Below, piece by piece: positions 50,245 through 60,891 of a stretch of DNA of 64,000 bases. The notes beneath the pieces were generated by a model. It ran no database searches, had not been told where the DNA came from, and worked only from the letters and a program-made list of their open reading frames with translations. The DNA comes from Candidatus Fraserbacteria bacterium (lineage in GTDB: Bacteria > Bipolaricaulota > Bipolaricaulia > RBG-16-55-9 > DRXL01), in assembly GCA_947085185.1 (NCBI GenBank), contig CAMTVK010000005.1, forward strand, positions 32,001 to 96,000. The letters run 5' to 3'. Both the position numbers and the translations under genes were made by a program. Each line of letters starts with the position of its first letter. Positions within the stretch are counted from its first letter, which is position 1.

Positions 50245-50925
50245 GTGCACGCTTCGATCTTGGTCGTCGAGGACGAAGAGAAGCTCGCGCAGGCGATCGC
50301 GCTCTACCTGCGCAATGCCGGGTTTTCTGTGGAGATTGCGCTCGACGGCCAAGCAGCGCTCGAAGCGTTCGCGCGGTTCAACCCGGATCTGATCGTGCTC
50401 GATCTGATGCTCCCCAAAGTCGACGGCTGGACAGTCTGTCACAAAATTCGTCACAGCTCTGACGTGCCTATTATTATGCTGACGGCACGGGTGGGCGAGC
50501 CCGCGCGCGTCCACGGGTTGGAGCTGGGCGCCGACGATTATCTTGAAAAACCGTTCAGTCTAAGAGAGCTCGTCGCGCGCATCCACGCTGTGTTGCGTCG
50601 CACCGGGAAGAAGAGCCCCATGGTGATACGAGTTGGAGACTTGGGCATCGATTTGGAGAAGCACGAAGTCTTTGTCAAAGACAGAAAGATCGAGCTGACG
50701 GCAAGTGAGTTTGCGCTCTTAGCGTTCATGGCTCAGCATCCCCATCGGGTTTTCACAAGATTGCAGCTTCTTGATGCCATGCGCGGCTCCACCTATGAAG
50801 TCTCGGAGCGCGCTGTCGATTCGCACATCAAAAACCTGCGCAAGAAGATCGAGCGCAACCCTCAAGAGCCCGAATATATTCAGACGGTCTACGGGGTTGG
50901 GTATCGCTTTCGGGATGTGGAATGA
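50245..50925 (+). CDS. OmpR family response regulator (BaeR-like)
   Basis: VEDE, DLMLP, KPFS, DSHIKNLRKK, TVYGVGY. Confidence 0.95.
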   Translation: MHASILVVEDEEKLAQAIALYLRNAGFSVEIALDGQAALEAFARFNPDLIVLDLMLPKVDGWTVCHKIRHSSDVPIIMLTARVGEPARVHGLELGADDYLEKPFSLRELVARIHAVLRRTGKKSPMVIRVGDLGIDLEKHEVFVKDRKIELTASEFALLAFMAQHPHRVFTRLQLLDAMRGSTYEVSERAVDSHIKNLRKKIERNPQEPEYIQTVYGVGYRFRDVE

Positions 50926-50929
50926 AGTT

Positions 50930-52306
50930 ATGAGAGCTCTGTGGCAGCGTATTCCGTTTACGTATCAGTTGATCGGCGCCTTTGCCGTCGCGACGATCTG
51001 CGCGATTGGTATTGTCTATATATTCGCGGATTGGTCTATTCAAGAGCGCTTTCGGGCATACCGAGCGCGCGCTGCGGCCGTTCAAGCCCGCCCGCTCCAA
51101 CGCTTCCTGACGAGCTATTATCATCGTTTTGGCAGCTGGGAGGGCTTAAGTGATCTCCTTAACCCTCAGCTGCAGGAGCTGCCCCCGTTGGAGCAGCCGT
51201 TGGTCATCGCCGATGTGACGGGGTTTGTCTTTATTAGTAGCGACCCAAAGCTTGTGGGACGGAAGCTCTCGGAGCGCGAGCTCTCCGCGGGCGTGCCCAT
51301 TCGGGTGGGAGGCGAGCGTGTGGGCACGCTCATCATGGCCGTTCCCGCAGGAGCTTTCAACCCCTTGGAACAAGAGTTCTCCCAATCGGTACGCGAATCT
51401 ATCGTCTTGGCTGGAGGATTGGCGTTGATCATCGCGTTGGGGTTGGGGGTGCTCTTCGTGCGGCGGCTAGCGCGCCCGTTAGAAGAGCTGCGCGCTGCGG
51501 CAGAACAGATCTCCCAAGGGAGATTGGAACCGCGGGTGAGCATCACCAGCAACGATGAGCTCGGGCGCTTGGGAGAGACTTTTAATCAGATGGCCGAGAG
51601 CTTGCAGCGCTCTGAGCGCCTGCGCCGCCAGCTTATCTTAGATATTGCTCACGAGTTGCGCAACCCCCTGATGATTCAGCAGAGTCACCTAGAGCTCCTC
51701 TTGGATAACGTCGTTGCCCCCACCCCGCAGCAGCTCCAGACGATCTACGAACAGAATCTTTTGTTAGGGCGTCTGGTGCGCGATTTGCAGCTCTTGGCTC
51801 TCGCTGATGCTGGGGAACTCCAAATCGTGCGCATCCCGACCATGCTCCCTGAGATCCTCCAGAAAGTAGTCGCGCATATGCGCCCTGCTCTCGAAGAGAA
51901 ACAGATCACTCTCGAAGCCCAGATCTCTCCTGATCTGCCGACGGTAGCTGTCGACCCGCAGCGCATCGAGCAAGTGTTATTAAATCTTTTAGACAACGCC
52001 TGTCGGTACACGCTGCCTGGGGGGAAGATCGTGCTGTCTGCGCACAGGGAAGACGACGCTGTTCACGTCTGTGTGCGCGATCAGGGGCCGGGGATCGCCC
52101 CTGAGGATCTGCCCCATATCTTTGAGAGATTCTATCGTGGGGACAAATCCCGGACGCGCGCCAGCGGCGGGACGGGCCTGGGGCTCTCCATCGCGAAAGC
52201 TCTCATAGAGGCGCATGGGGGCAGAATTGGAGCAGAAAACGCTCCGCAGGGCGGGGCGTGTGTGCACTTCACGCTGCCGATTGCGGACACGGCCTCTCAG
52301 CGTTAG
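50930..52306 (+). CDS. Sensor histidine kinase (BaeS-like)
   Basis: [11 protein letters not shown] periplasmic motif, [25 protein letters not shown]. Confidence 0.94.
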   Translation: MRALWQRIPFTYQLIGAFAVATICAIGIVYIFADWSIQERFRAYRARAAAVQARPLQRFLTSYYHRFGSWEGLSDLLNPQLQELPPLEQPLVIADVTGFVFISSDPKLVGRKLSERELSAGVPIRVGGERVGTLIMAVPAGAFNPLEQEFSQSVRESIVLAGGLALIIALGLGVLFVRRLARPLEELRAAAEQISQGRLEPRVSITSNDELGRLGETFNQMAESLQRSERLRRQLILDIAHELRNPLMIQQSHLELLLDNVVAPTPQQLQTIYEQNLLLGRLVRDLQLLALADAGELQIVRIPTMLPEILQKVVAHMRPALEEKQITLEAQISPDLPTVAVDPQRIEQVLLNLLDNACRYTLPGGKIVLSAHREDDAVHVCVRDQGPGIAPEDLPHIFERFYRGDKSRTRASGGTGLGLSIAKALIEAHGGRIGAENAPQGGACVHFTLPIADTASQR

Positions 52307-52316
52307 AATAGTTTTT

Positions 52317-52874
52317 ATGAGAGCTGCACAATACACCGTCCATCATACGACCATACTAGCTATTCGCTGCGCGCAGGAGCGCTGCGCTGTGATCGCTTCC
52401 GACGGCCAAGCGACCCTTAATAATATTGTCTTAAAAAGCACGGCGAAGAAAGTCCGCAAGATCTATAACGATCAGGTCCTAGTGGGCTTTGCCGGCGCGA
52501 CCGCCGATGCGATCACGCTCTTTGAGCGCTTTGAGCACAAGCTGAAAGAGTGTAGTGGGAACCTCAAGCGCGCTGCGGTCGAGCTCACCAAGGATTGGCG
52601 GACGGATCGCGTCTTACGGCGTCTCGAAGCGGTGATGGCCGTTGCTAACCCCGAGGCGCTGCTGCTCATCTCTGGTGCTGGCGATGTCATTGAGCCCGAT
52701 GACGAGATGATCGGCCTGGGGTCTGGGGGAGCGTATGCGCTCGCTGCTGCCAAGGCCCTGCGCCAGAACACCGCGCTCCCCATAGAAGAGATCGCTCGAA
52801 AATCCCTAGAGATCGCGGGATCGCTCGATATCTACACCAATCAGCATATCTCCATAGAAAAACTTGAGTGGTGA
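52317..52874 (+). CDS. hslV: ATP-dependent protease subunit HslV
   Basis: [42 protein letters not shown]. Confidence 0.96.
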   Translation: MRAAQYTVHHTTILAIRCAQERCAVIASDGQATLNNIVLKSTAKKVRKIYNDQVLVGFAGATADAITLFERFEHKLKECSGNLKRAAVELTKDWRTDRVLRRLEAVMAVANPEALLLISGAGDVIEPDDEMIGLGSGGAYALAAAKALRQNTALPIEEIARKSLEIAGSLDIYTNQHISIEKLEW

Positions 52875-54265
52875 GACCGATGGCAGAGATTATAGAGATC
52901 AACCCGTTGGTGCACGAGCGCACAAGAGAGCTTTCTCCGCGAGAGATCGTGGCAGAGCTCGATCGATATATCATTGGACAAGAGCAAGCCAAGCGAGCGG
53001 TGGCCATCGCTTTGCGCAATCGTGTGCGTCGGATGCGCGTGACCGATCCCATCCGTAAAGAGATTCTCCCCAAGAATATCTTGATGATCGGTCCCACGGG
53101 GGTAGGCAAGACCGAGATCTCGCGGAGGCTCGCGAGCTTAGTCAAGGCCCCGTTTCTCAAAGTTGAAGCAACGAAATACACCGAGGTCGGCTATGTAGGG
53201 CGCGACGTCGAGTCTATGGTGCGCGATCTGGTCGAGATCAGTATGCACATGGTGCGTCAGGAAGCGATCGCGTTGGTGCAGGGGGAGGCGGAGCGCGCTG
53301 TGGAGGAGCGTATTTTAGATGCGCTCGTTGGTGCCGCACCCGTTGGCGCTGACGAGGAGCGCCGTGCTTCGTGGCAGCACACCCGCGAAAAGTTCCGCGA
53401 GAGGCTTCGGGCGGGCCAGCTCGAAGAGCATTATATTGAGATTCGGGTGAAGCGCGAGTCGCCGTTCTCCCAAGTCAATGTTTTTTCGCCGGAGGGCGTC
53501 GAGCAGATGGGCGTGGACATGGGGGAGCTCTTAGAAAAATTCATGCCGCCGGTCTTCGTCACCAAGCGTTTGAAGATCAAAGAAGCCCGCGAGGTGCTCT
53601 TCAATCAAGAAGCTGACAAGCTCATTAATCACGACGAAGTCAAGCGTCAAGCCCTCCAGCGTGCTGAAGAATCGGGGATTATCTTCATAGACGAGATAGA
53701 CAAGATTGCTGCAGGGGGGCGTGAGGAGCGCTGGGGGCCTGGGGTGTCACGACAGGGGGTGCAACGGGATCTCTTGCCTATCTTAGAGGGCTCAGCAGTG
53801 CGCACGCGCTACGGCACCATCCGGACTGATAATATCTTGTTCATCGCGGCGGGTGCTTTCACGATGGCCAAGCCCTCGGATCTCATCCCGGAGCTCCAAG
53901 GGCGATTGCCCATCCGTGTTGAGCTCAAGCCCCTCAGTAAAGACGACTTCCGCAGAATTCTCAAAGAGCCCGCTGATGCGCTCACCAAACAATATCAAGC
54001 GCTGATGGCCACAGAAGGGTTGCGCCTTGAGTTCACAGACGACGCGCTCGATGCGATCGCTGAGATCGCATTTCGTCTCAACGAAAGACTTGAGAACATC
54101 GGGGCGCGGCGACTCCATACTGTGATGGAGAAGCTCATGGAAGATATTGCGTTTGAGACGTGCGATCTGCCGGAGCCCAAGACGTTCACGATCGACGCTG
54201 CGTATGTTCAAGCGAAGCTCAAGGGCATCGTCGAAGACGTTGACCTGAGCCGATATATTCTGTGA
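52868..54265 (+). CDS. hslU: ATP-dependent protease ATPase HslU
   Basis: [37 protein letters not shown]. Confidence 0.97.
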   Translation: MVRPMAEIIEINPLVHERTRELSPREIVAELDRYIIGQEQAKRAVAIALRNRVRRMRVTDPIRKEILPKNILMIGPTGVGKTEISRRLASLVKAPFLKVEATKYTEVGYVGRDVESMVRDLVEISMHMVRQEAIALVQGEAERAVEERILDALVGAAPVGADEERRASWQHTREKFRERLRAGQLEEHYIEIRVKRESPFSQVNVFSPEGVEQMGVDMGELLEKFMPPVFVTKRLKIKEAREVLFNQEADKLINHDEVKRQALQRAEESGIIFIDEIDKIAAGGREERWGPGVSRQGVQRDLLPILEGSAVRTRYGTIRTDNILFIAAGAFTMAKPSDLIPELQGRLPIRVELKPLSKDDFRRILKEPADALTKQYQALMATEGLRLEFTDDALDAIAEIAFRLNERLENIGARRLHTVMEKLMEDIAFETCDLPEPKTFTIDAAYVQAKLKGIVEDVDLSRYIL

Positions 54266-54411
54266 CTCGTCGCAGGAAGTGTGAGGACAGCAACGTGCCA
54301 AGCAAGGAACCGTCTTATTTCGAGACCTAGCTAAGCTGTGACCTTCACGTTTAGTGGGCTCGCACTATGTGTGGTAAGGCCATAACTCCTTAATTAAGGA
54401 AGGTGAGGTCC

Positions 54412-55083
54412 ATGAATGAGAAAGCAAGATTAATCGGCTTATTCTTCGCAGCAGCGGGTGTAGTCGGGATCAGCTCTTATCTCGTCTTGCAGGCTTCCGT
54501 AGGTGTCTATGGGGGGTGGGTATTGCTGGCTCTCGCTTGGCTGGTGATGATTTTCAGTATGAGGGCATACTTATCTAAGACACAGGCTGTGCTGGCAACT
54601 TTGGCGGCGTCGATATGGTTATCTGCAGGATCCTTCATAGCGAGTGCTTTTCATGACACTCCGGCAGCCTGGTTCTTTCTCATAGCTGCTGTTGTGAGCC
54701 TGCTCATGATCCCCTTGGTAGTCAAATATCTAAGCTCAAATCAGGCTGGGGAGAGCCCAGAAGTATCAGAGCCTTGTGAAGGCTCTGCACGATGGCTTCT
54801 CGTGGGTGTGCAATGGCTCTTTGTAGGAGTAGCAGCTATACTCCTTGTCTATGCAGGCTATCTGGGTTGGCGTGTTTGGGCTCGATTATCCGAGAATGTT
54901 CTGATACTTGCTACGGTTGCGCTCATTCTCTTGATCGTTTTCAGTATGTCGATTAGTGGGGTCAAGAAGAACCCGCAACACTGGCTTTCCAGGGAGGGTC
55001 TATTCACTCTCTCTAGATTTTTGAACAACCTACTCGTTCCGGCTACTTTAATTTTACTGTTGCTCAACTTTATGACAAAGTAG
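54412..55083 (+). CDS. Hypothetical multi-TM membrane protein (AT-richer than flanks)
   Basis: SD AGGAAGGTGAGG; ~7 hydrophobic helices. Confidence 0.65.
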   Translation: MNEKARLIGLFFAAAGVVGISSYLVLQASVGVYGGWVLLALAWLVMIFSMRAYLSKTQAVLATLAASIWLSAGSFIASAFHDTPAAWFFLIAAVVSLLMIPLVVKYLSSNQAGESPEVSEPCEGSARWLLVGVQWLFVGVAAILLVYAGYLGWRVWARLSENVLILATVALILLIVFSMSISGVKKNPQHWLSREGLFTLSRFLNNLLVPATLILLLLNFMTK

Positions 55084-55633
55084 CTCTATTGAATCGGTTC
55101 ATCATCGTCTCGATATCTGTCTGCACAAAGCACTCGATCGCATCGGCCGCACGAGAGAGGATCTCCGGGAGCTTCTCCTGCTCTGCGGCCGTGAATTCCC
55201 CAAGGACATAGTCGGTCAGCTCCCCAATGGGCTGCTCCGTCCCGATGCCCACCCGAAGCCGGGGAATATCTTCGGTCTGCAGTTCAGCAACGACGGACTC
55301 CATGCCGTGATGGCCCCCAGCTCCTCCTCTCTTGCGGGCCCGCAACCTCCCAAATGGGATGTCTACGTCGTCATAGACAATGAGAAAATCTTGCGGCACA
55401 ATCGAATATATCTGACAGATCTCCCTCACGGCGACGCCGCTGACGTTCATATAGACAGCCGGCTCGACAACAAGCACCCGATCGCCTATGCGATAGACGA
55501 TCGAGAAATCGTGCTCAGTCTTTGGAAGCTGGGTGAAGCGTTCAAGGAACGAGCGCACGGCCAGCCGACCGATATTGTGGCGCGTGCGCTCGTATCGTTT
55601 TCCGGGGTTGCCTAAGCCAACGACGGCCTTCAC
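55070..55633 (-). CDS. pth: Peptidyl-tRNA hydrolase
   Basis: VGLGNPG..Y..TRHNIG, YMNVSG, GGHHG, RLRVGIG. Confidence 0.96.
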   Translation of the reverse strand: MKAVVGLGNPGKRYERTRHNIGRLAVRSFLERFTQLPKTEHDFSIVYRIGDRVLVVEPAVYMNVSGVAVREICQIYSIVPQDFLIVYDDVDIPFGRLRARKRGGAGGHHGMESVVAELQTEDIPRLRVGIGTEQPIGELTDYVLGEFTAAEQEKLPEILSRAADAIECFVQTDIETMMNRFNRATLS

Positions 55634-55638
55634 AGGAA

Positions 55639-56358
55639 TTATTTCTTGGCTTTCTCTTTCTCGGGCTTCTTCTCTTCGGCTTTGGCTGGGGCAGCAACTT
55701 TCTTTTCCGCACCGGTGGCCAGGGGCGCTGCGCCGCCTGCTGGGGCCGCGCCTTCCGCAGGAGCTGCGCCAGGCACGGCGCCCTCTGCCGTCGGCACCGC
55801 CGCGGCTACAACTTCCTCCTCCTTGCGCGGCGCCACGACCGTCACGATGGCTGCCTCCCCAGGTGTCAACACCTGCACGCCTTCGATCTTCAATTCGTTC
55901 ACGTGTACCGCTTCCCCGATGCCCAGATTCGTAATGTCTATCTCGATCACTTCTGGGATATTCTCTGCCATCCCGCGCACTTTCACGACGTCGCGCAGGA
56001 CCTGAAGGACGCCGCCCTCCTTGCGTCCCTTGGGTTCGCCGCGCAGCCGCACCGGAACTTCTATGGTCACTGGCCGATCCGGCGCAGGATGATACAAATC
56101 AATATGGATCACGCGGTCCGTCAACGGATCATACTGAATCTCTTTGATGAACGTCAGGAATTGCTTGCCGTTCAGCTCCAACGTGATCCGTGAGCTGCGC
56201 GTGATGCGCGCCAGCACCTTCTCTAGCTCTTTGGCGTTGAGAGCGATGGGCTGATGGATCTCGTGTCCGTAGAGCACGCCCGGAATGCGCCCTTGACGAC
56301 GGAGCGCACGCGGGTTGGGCTTCGTCCCCCGTGGCTCAGCTTCTATAGTGTATGACAT
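55639..56358 (-). CDS. rplY: 50S ribosomal protein L25/Ctc
   Basis: LRRQGRIPGVLYG, IQYDPL...HIDL, Ctc domain, Ala/Lys-rich tail. Confidence 0.95.
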   Translation of the reverse strand: MSYTIEAEPRGTKPNPRALRRQGRIPGVLYGHEIHQPIALNAKELEKVLARITRSSRITLELNGKQFLTFIKEIQYDPLTDRVIHIDLYHPAPDRPVTIEVPVRLRGEPKGRKEGGVLQVLRDVVKVRGMAENIPEVIEIDITNLGIGEAVHVNELKIEGVQVLTPGEAAIVTVVAPRKEEEVVAAAVPTAEGAVPGAAPAEGAAPAGGAAPLATGAEKKVAAPAKAEEKKPEKEKAKK

Positions 56359-56384
56359 AAGAACCTCCCAGTTTGAGCTAATTT

Positions 56385-57320
56385 TTAATAATGCGGAAAC
56401 ATTTCGCTCACAGACTCTTCAGCGTGAATGCGCTTGATCGTCTCGGCGAGCAGCACCCCGACCGAGATCGCTTCGATCTTTGGGCTAGAGGGCACGGGGA
56501 TCGTATTGGTCACTACGATCTTCTTCACCGGGGAGGCCTCTAAGCGCGGCACGGCGTCACCGGCAAAGACTCCGTGGGTGAACGCTGCCACGACCTCGCG
56601 CGCGCCAAATTCGAGTAATAAATTCGTGGCTTCGATCACGGTGTTGCCGGTCGCAAGAATATCGTCCACTAAGATGGCGCGCTTGCCCTTGACGTCCCCA
56701 ATGATATTGAGTGCCCGGACTTCCGTGGGGCTGATCCGGCTCTTCTCCACGATAGCGAGGGGCAGGTCGAGGCGCTCGGCGACGGCACGAGCGCGCTTGG
56801 CCGCTCCGACATCGGGCGCAATGATCACCGTGTCTTCCAAATTCTGATGGCGAAAATAATCAGCCAAGATCGGATCTCCTCGCAAATTGTCTACAGGGAT
56901 ATCGAAAAATCCCTGGATCTGTCCTGCGGGGAGATCCAGCGTTAAGACCCTATCGGCTCCCGCGGTGACGATCATATTGGCAACGAGCTTGGCGCTGATA
57001 GGCACGCGCCCGATATGTTTTCTATCTTGGCGGGCGTAGCCATAGTACGGGATCACCGCGGTGATGCGCTCCGCGGACGCGCGCTTGAGCGCGTCAATGA
57101 TCAAGAGAAGCTCCATAAGATGATCGTTCACCGGAGGACAGGTGGACTGGAGCACGCAGACATCAGCTCCACGCACGGTCTCTTTGATATGGACGTTGAC
57201 TTCGCCATCAGGGAAGCGGCTCACGTCTGCGTCGGTGAGCCTGATGCCAAGATGTTCGCTGATCTCCTGAGCCAAAGCGCGATTGGCGTTCCCTGCGATG
57301 AGCTTTAGGTCGTTTTGCAC
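56385..57320 (-). CDS. prs: Ribose-phosphate pyrophosphokinase
   Basis: FPDGE, PYYGYARQDRK, APDVGA, VDDILATG. Confidence 0.96.
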   Translation of the reverse strand: MQNDLKLIAGNANRALAQEISEHLGIRLTDADVSRFPDGEVNVHIKETVRGADVCVLQSTCPPVNDHLMELLLIIDALKRASAERITAVIPYYGYARQDRKHIGRVPISAKLVANMIVTAGADRVLTLDLPAGQIQGFFDIPVDNLRGDPILADYFRHQNLEDTVIIAPDVGAAKRARAVAERLDLPLAIVEKSRISPTEVRALNIIGDVKGKRAILVDDILATGNTVIEATNLLLEFGAREVVAAFTHGVFAGDAVPRLEASPVKKIVVTNTIPVPSSPKIEAISVGVLLAETIKRIHAEESVSEMFPHY

Positions 57321-57338
57321 GCCGCCAATATAGCACAT

Positions 57339-57749
57339 TTAAGGCTTGTGTGCAATCAGCCGATGCATTTCGTCCAGAGGGCGCTTTGGGGAAGTGTAGA
57401 TGATCGAGTGCATGGAGCCGCCACCGTCATTGGGGAAGCGCGGAATGATATGAACATGCAGATGGGGGACGGCTTGCCCGGCAGCGCGCCCGTCGTTCAT
57501 CCCTATATTGAACGCCGGAGCCCCAAGGGCACCAGCGAGGCGCCCCGCGACTTTCTGCACTGTTTGGAAGAGCCGGCCCACAAGCTCTGGGGAGAGCTCC
57601 GAGAGCCGTTCTGCGTGCGCTTTGGGGATGACGAGCGTATGGCCATCGGTCATGGGGTGGATATCGAGAAACGCGAGAGTCTCTGAGTCTTCGTAAATCT
57701 TATGGGCGGGGAGCTCCCCGCGCACGATCCGACAGAAGACGCAATTCAT
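57339..57749 (-). CDS. HIT family hydrolase
   Basis: CVFC, GHTLVIPK, AGQAVPHLHVH. Confidence 0.95.
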   Translation of the reverse strand: MNCVFCRIVRGELPAHKIYEDSETLAFLDIHPMTDGHTLVIPKAHAERLSELSPELVGRLFQTVQKVAGRLAGALGAPAFNIGMNDGRAAGQAVPHLHVHIIPRFPNDGGGSMHSIIYTSPKRPLDEMHRLIAHKP

Positions 57750-57753
57750 AGTC

Positions 57754-58956
57754 TCACTCCTTCAGAGAGACTTCTGCGAACGTGTGCTTCCCCACGCGCA
57801 CCAGGCTCCCTTCCCTATAGGGTACGCTCTGGTCGAACTGGGTGATCTTCACCCCGTCAACTTCGACGGCCCCTTGCTCGATGAGGCGCTTCGCTTCGGA
57901 ACGGCTCTTCACAAGCGGCGCTATTAAATCTACGATCCAGATGGTGCCATCGGGCTTGATGAGTCTCTTGTCAACAGAGAGCTTGGGCACGTCGGTGGGG
58001 CGCTCCTTGCGGGCAAAGATCCGCTCGAATTCTGCTAAAGCTCTATCAGCGGCTTCGCGGGAGTGGTAGCGCGCCACGACCGCATGGGCCATCCTCTGCT
58101 TTTGTTCTTTCGGATGGAGCTTCTGGATCTCTTCCCAGTCCAAGTCCGTCAGGAGCTTGATGTATCTCTCGATGAGCGCATCGGGGATGGACATCAATTT
58201 CCCGAACATCTGTTGGGGCGGCTCGGTGATGCTCACATAATTGCCGACGCTCTTGCTCATCTTCTTGACGCCGTCCAGCCCCTCGAGCAAGGGCATGAGA
58301 AAGCAGACTTGAGGCTCTTGGCCGTAGCGCTCTTGTAAGGCTCGCCCCACCAAGAGATTGAAGCGCTGATCGGTGCCGCCCAGCTCAATATCGGCCTGCA
58401 CGGCCACCGAGTCGTACCCTTGGGCGAGGGGATAGAGCAATTCGACAATACTGATGGGGGTGCCCTCGTGGAAGCGCTTGGAAAAATCATCGCGCTCGAG
58501 CATGGCTGCAACGGTGTACTTGGACGCCAGCTCCAAGAGCTTGGCAAAGTCCATCTTCTCCAGCCACTCGGAGTTATATCGAAATTCGGTGCGTTCTGGA
58601 TCGAGAATTTTGAGGGCTTGCTCCTTGTACTGTCTCATGTTCTCTGCGACTTCTTCTTTGGAGAGCATCTTTCGCTGGCTGGCGCGCTCCGAGGGATCGC
58701 CGATGCGTGCCGTGAAGTCTCCCACGATCAAGACCGCGATATGACCCAGCTCTTGGAAGTCGCGCAATTTCTGTAAGACGACCCCGATCCCGATATGGAT
58801 CTCGGGGCTTGTGGGATCAACGCCCAATTTGACGCGCAGGGGTTTTCTTGTATGCTGGGATCGCTCAAGCTTTTTGACAAAATCAGCCTCGGGGATGATA
58901 TCAACTGCTCGACGTTTGAGGAATCGGAGTTGCTCTTCAAGAGTCAGACGCTTCAT
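57754..58956 (-). CDS. tyrS: Tyrosyl-tRNA synthetase
   Basis: GVDPT..IHIGI, YPLAQGYDS, GGTDQ, KMSKS, S4-like tail. Confidence 0.97.
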   Translation of the reverse strand: MKRLTLEEQLRFLKRRAVDIIPEADFVKKLERSQHTRKPLRVKLGVDPTSPEIHIGIGVVLQKLRDFQELGHIAVLIVGDFTARIGDPSERASQRKMLSKEEVAENMRQYKEQALKILDPERTEFRYNSEWLEKMDFAKLLELASKYTVAAMLERDDFSKRFHEGTPISIVELLYPLAQGYDSVAVQADIELGGTDQRFNLLVGRALQERYGQEPQVCFLMPLLEGLDGVKKMSKSVGNYVSITEPPQQMFGKLMSIPDALIERYIKLLTDLDWEEIQKLHPKEQKQRMAHAVVARYHSREAADRALAEFERIFARKERPTDVPKLSVDKRLIKPDGTIWIVDLIAPLVKSRSEAKRLIEQGAVEVDGVKITQFDQSVPYREGSLVRVGKHTFAEVSLKE

Positions 58957-59058
58957 AGACGGGGTGAGTTTAGCGCAGGGCGCAGGGAGATGCAACTCTC
59001 AGTTTTTTGAAGGATGGGTTTTTGTATGTTATGCTTATATTGTGGAAGGTGGGAGATT

Positions 59059-60060
59059 GTGAGTTCAGCCTGTGCTATTAAAACGGAGCATTTGGGGCGT
59101 ATCTATCAGATCAAGCGCAAGCGCGGCGAGAGCGGTCCCACAACGCTCGTCGCTCTGGAAGACGTCAACTTAGAAGTGCGTCAAGGGGAGCTCTTTGGGC
59201 TGCTCGGCCCCAACGGTGCCGGGAAGACGACCCTGATAAAAATCTTGACGACGCTCCTTGCCCCCACCAGCGGGCGCGCATTTGTGGACGGCATCGATGT
59301 CGTAGAAAACCCCCAAGAAGTCCGCAGAAGAATCAACATGGTCTCCGGGGGCGAGTCGTGCGGGTATGGGCTGCTCACCGTCGAAGAGAACTTATGGATG
59401 TTCACGCAGTTTTATGGGCTTGACTTTCAGACGGCCCGCGAGCGCATTGAGTCTATGCTCGAGGTAGTAGGCTTGGCTGACCGTGCCAAGACCAAGGCGT
59501 ATCACTTGTCGACGGGGATGAAGCAGAAGATGAACTTTGCCCGCGGCTTCCTCAATGACCCTCAGATTCTGTTCTTAGACGAGCCGACCTTGGGGCTTGA
59601 CGTGCAGACGTCAAGAATTTTGCGGGATTTCGTGAAGCGATGGGTGCGCGAGCGCCCCGGGAAGACCATTCTCTTGACGACCCATTATATGGCCGAAGCT
59701 GATGAGCTGTGCGATCGCGTTGCCATCATTGACAAGGGCAGAATTTTAGCGTGCGACACTCCGGCCAATCTCAAGAAAAAACTCCAAGGAGCTTCGATCT
59801 TCAAGCTCCAGACGACGCCCTTGGAGACGCTCGATCATTTCGAGCAATTGCCTGGAGTCAGCCAATTTGCAGGCCAGCGACGCAATGGGCACACCGAGCT
59901 CAACTTCATCCTTGAGGACGAGAATGCCTTGATAAAAGTTCTCGATGCGGTGCAAGCCAAGGGTGGACACTTACTCTCGCTCGAGAAGCGTGAACCGACG
60001 CTCGAAGACGTCTTCATTCACTTGGTCGGTCGTGGACTGAGCGATGAAGAGAACTCTTGA
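59059..60060 (+). CDS. ABC transporter ATP-binding protein
   Basis: GPNGAGKT, LSTGMKQ, LFLDEPT, TTHYM. Confidence 0.95.
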   Translation: MSSACAIKTEHLGRIYQIKRKRGESGPTTLVALEDVNLEVRQGELFGLLGPNGAGKTTLIKILTTLLAPTSGRAFVDGIDVVENPQEVRRRINMVSGGESCGYGLLTVEENLWMFTQFYGLDFQTARERIESMLEVVGLADRAKTKAYHLSTGMKQKMNFARGFLNDPQILFLDEPTLGLDVQTSRILRDFVKRWVRERPGKTILLTTHYMAEADELCDRVAIIDKGRILACDTPANLKKKLQGASIFKLQTTPLETLDHFEQLPGVSQFAGQRRNGHTELNFILEDENALIKVLDAVQAKGGHLLSLEKREPTLEDVFIHLVGRGLSDEENS

Positions 60061-60887
60061 GGATGAAATACTTTCGACGCGAGCTGACGGTCTTTGTGCG
60101 CACCGTGATCGGTCGCGCGTATCCCAGACTGATTGGGCTGCAGCGCGAAAAGAGCTGGCTCTTCTTTGAGATCTTCCTGCCCCTGCTGGGGACTGCGGCG
60201 TTTGTCTTTATCTATCGGGCGCTGGGAGCCAAGCCCGAATTTACGGGCTTTGTCGTGCTCGGCGGAGCCATGACCGCCTACTGGATGAACGTGCTGTGGA
60301 GCATGGCCACCCAGTTTTATTGGGAGAAAGAGACGGGCAATCTCGCGCTCTATCTCATCGCTCCTACGTCGAGGATGGCCATTCTCTTGGGGATGGCTCT
60401 TGGGGGGATGGTCGCTACGACCGTGCGGGCTCTTGCTGTCTTAGTATTAGGATCGCTCGTCTTCCAAGTCACTTTCACGGTGAGCGACTGGGGAGCACTT
60501 TTGCTTGTCTTCTTCTTGACTTTAGTCGCCCTCTATGGGCTGGGGATGATCTTCGCTTCGGCGTTCTTGCTCTACGGGCGCGAAGCGTGGCACATGGCCA
60601 ATCTCCTCCAAGAGCCGGTCTTTCTGCTGTCGGGATTCTACTTCCCCATCAAGAGCTTGGGGTTTTGGATTTCTGCCGGAGCGTCGCTCATCCCCATCAC
60701 GCTCGGGCTTGATGCCATGAGACAGCTCTTGTACCCTCAGGCGGGCTGGGGCTTTCTCGATGTCCGGATCGAGACGCTCATCTTAGCGATCTTGAGCGTC
60801 GTCTTTATCGTGATAGCGCATCGGATGCTCTTATGGCTGGAGCATGTGGCGCGGCGTGAGGGGCGGCTCACCGTGAGGGGGCAGTGA
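60057..60887 (+). CDS. ABC-2 permease
   Basis: Six TMs, WEKETGNL, LSGFYFP. Confidence 0.9.
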   Translation: MRMKYFRRELTVFVRTVIGRAYPRLIGLQREKSWLFFEIFLPLLGTAAFVFIYRALGAKPEFTGFVVLGGAMTAYWMNVLWSMATQFYWEKETGNLALYLIAPTSRMAILLGMALGGMVATTVRALAVLVLGSLVFQVTFTVSDWGALLLVFFLTLVALYGLGMIFASAFLLYGREAWHMANLLQEPVFLLSGFYFPIKSLGFWISAGASLIPITLGLDAMRQLLYPQAGWGFLDVRIETLILAILSVVFIVIAHRMLLWLEHVARREGRLTVRGQ

Positions 60888-60891
60888 CGCT

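Noticed and set aside
58786..58800. TyrRS HIGI instead of HIGH
   Set aside because: The fourth position varies among TyrRS enzymes and all other motifs are intact.
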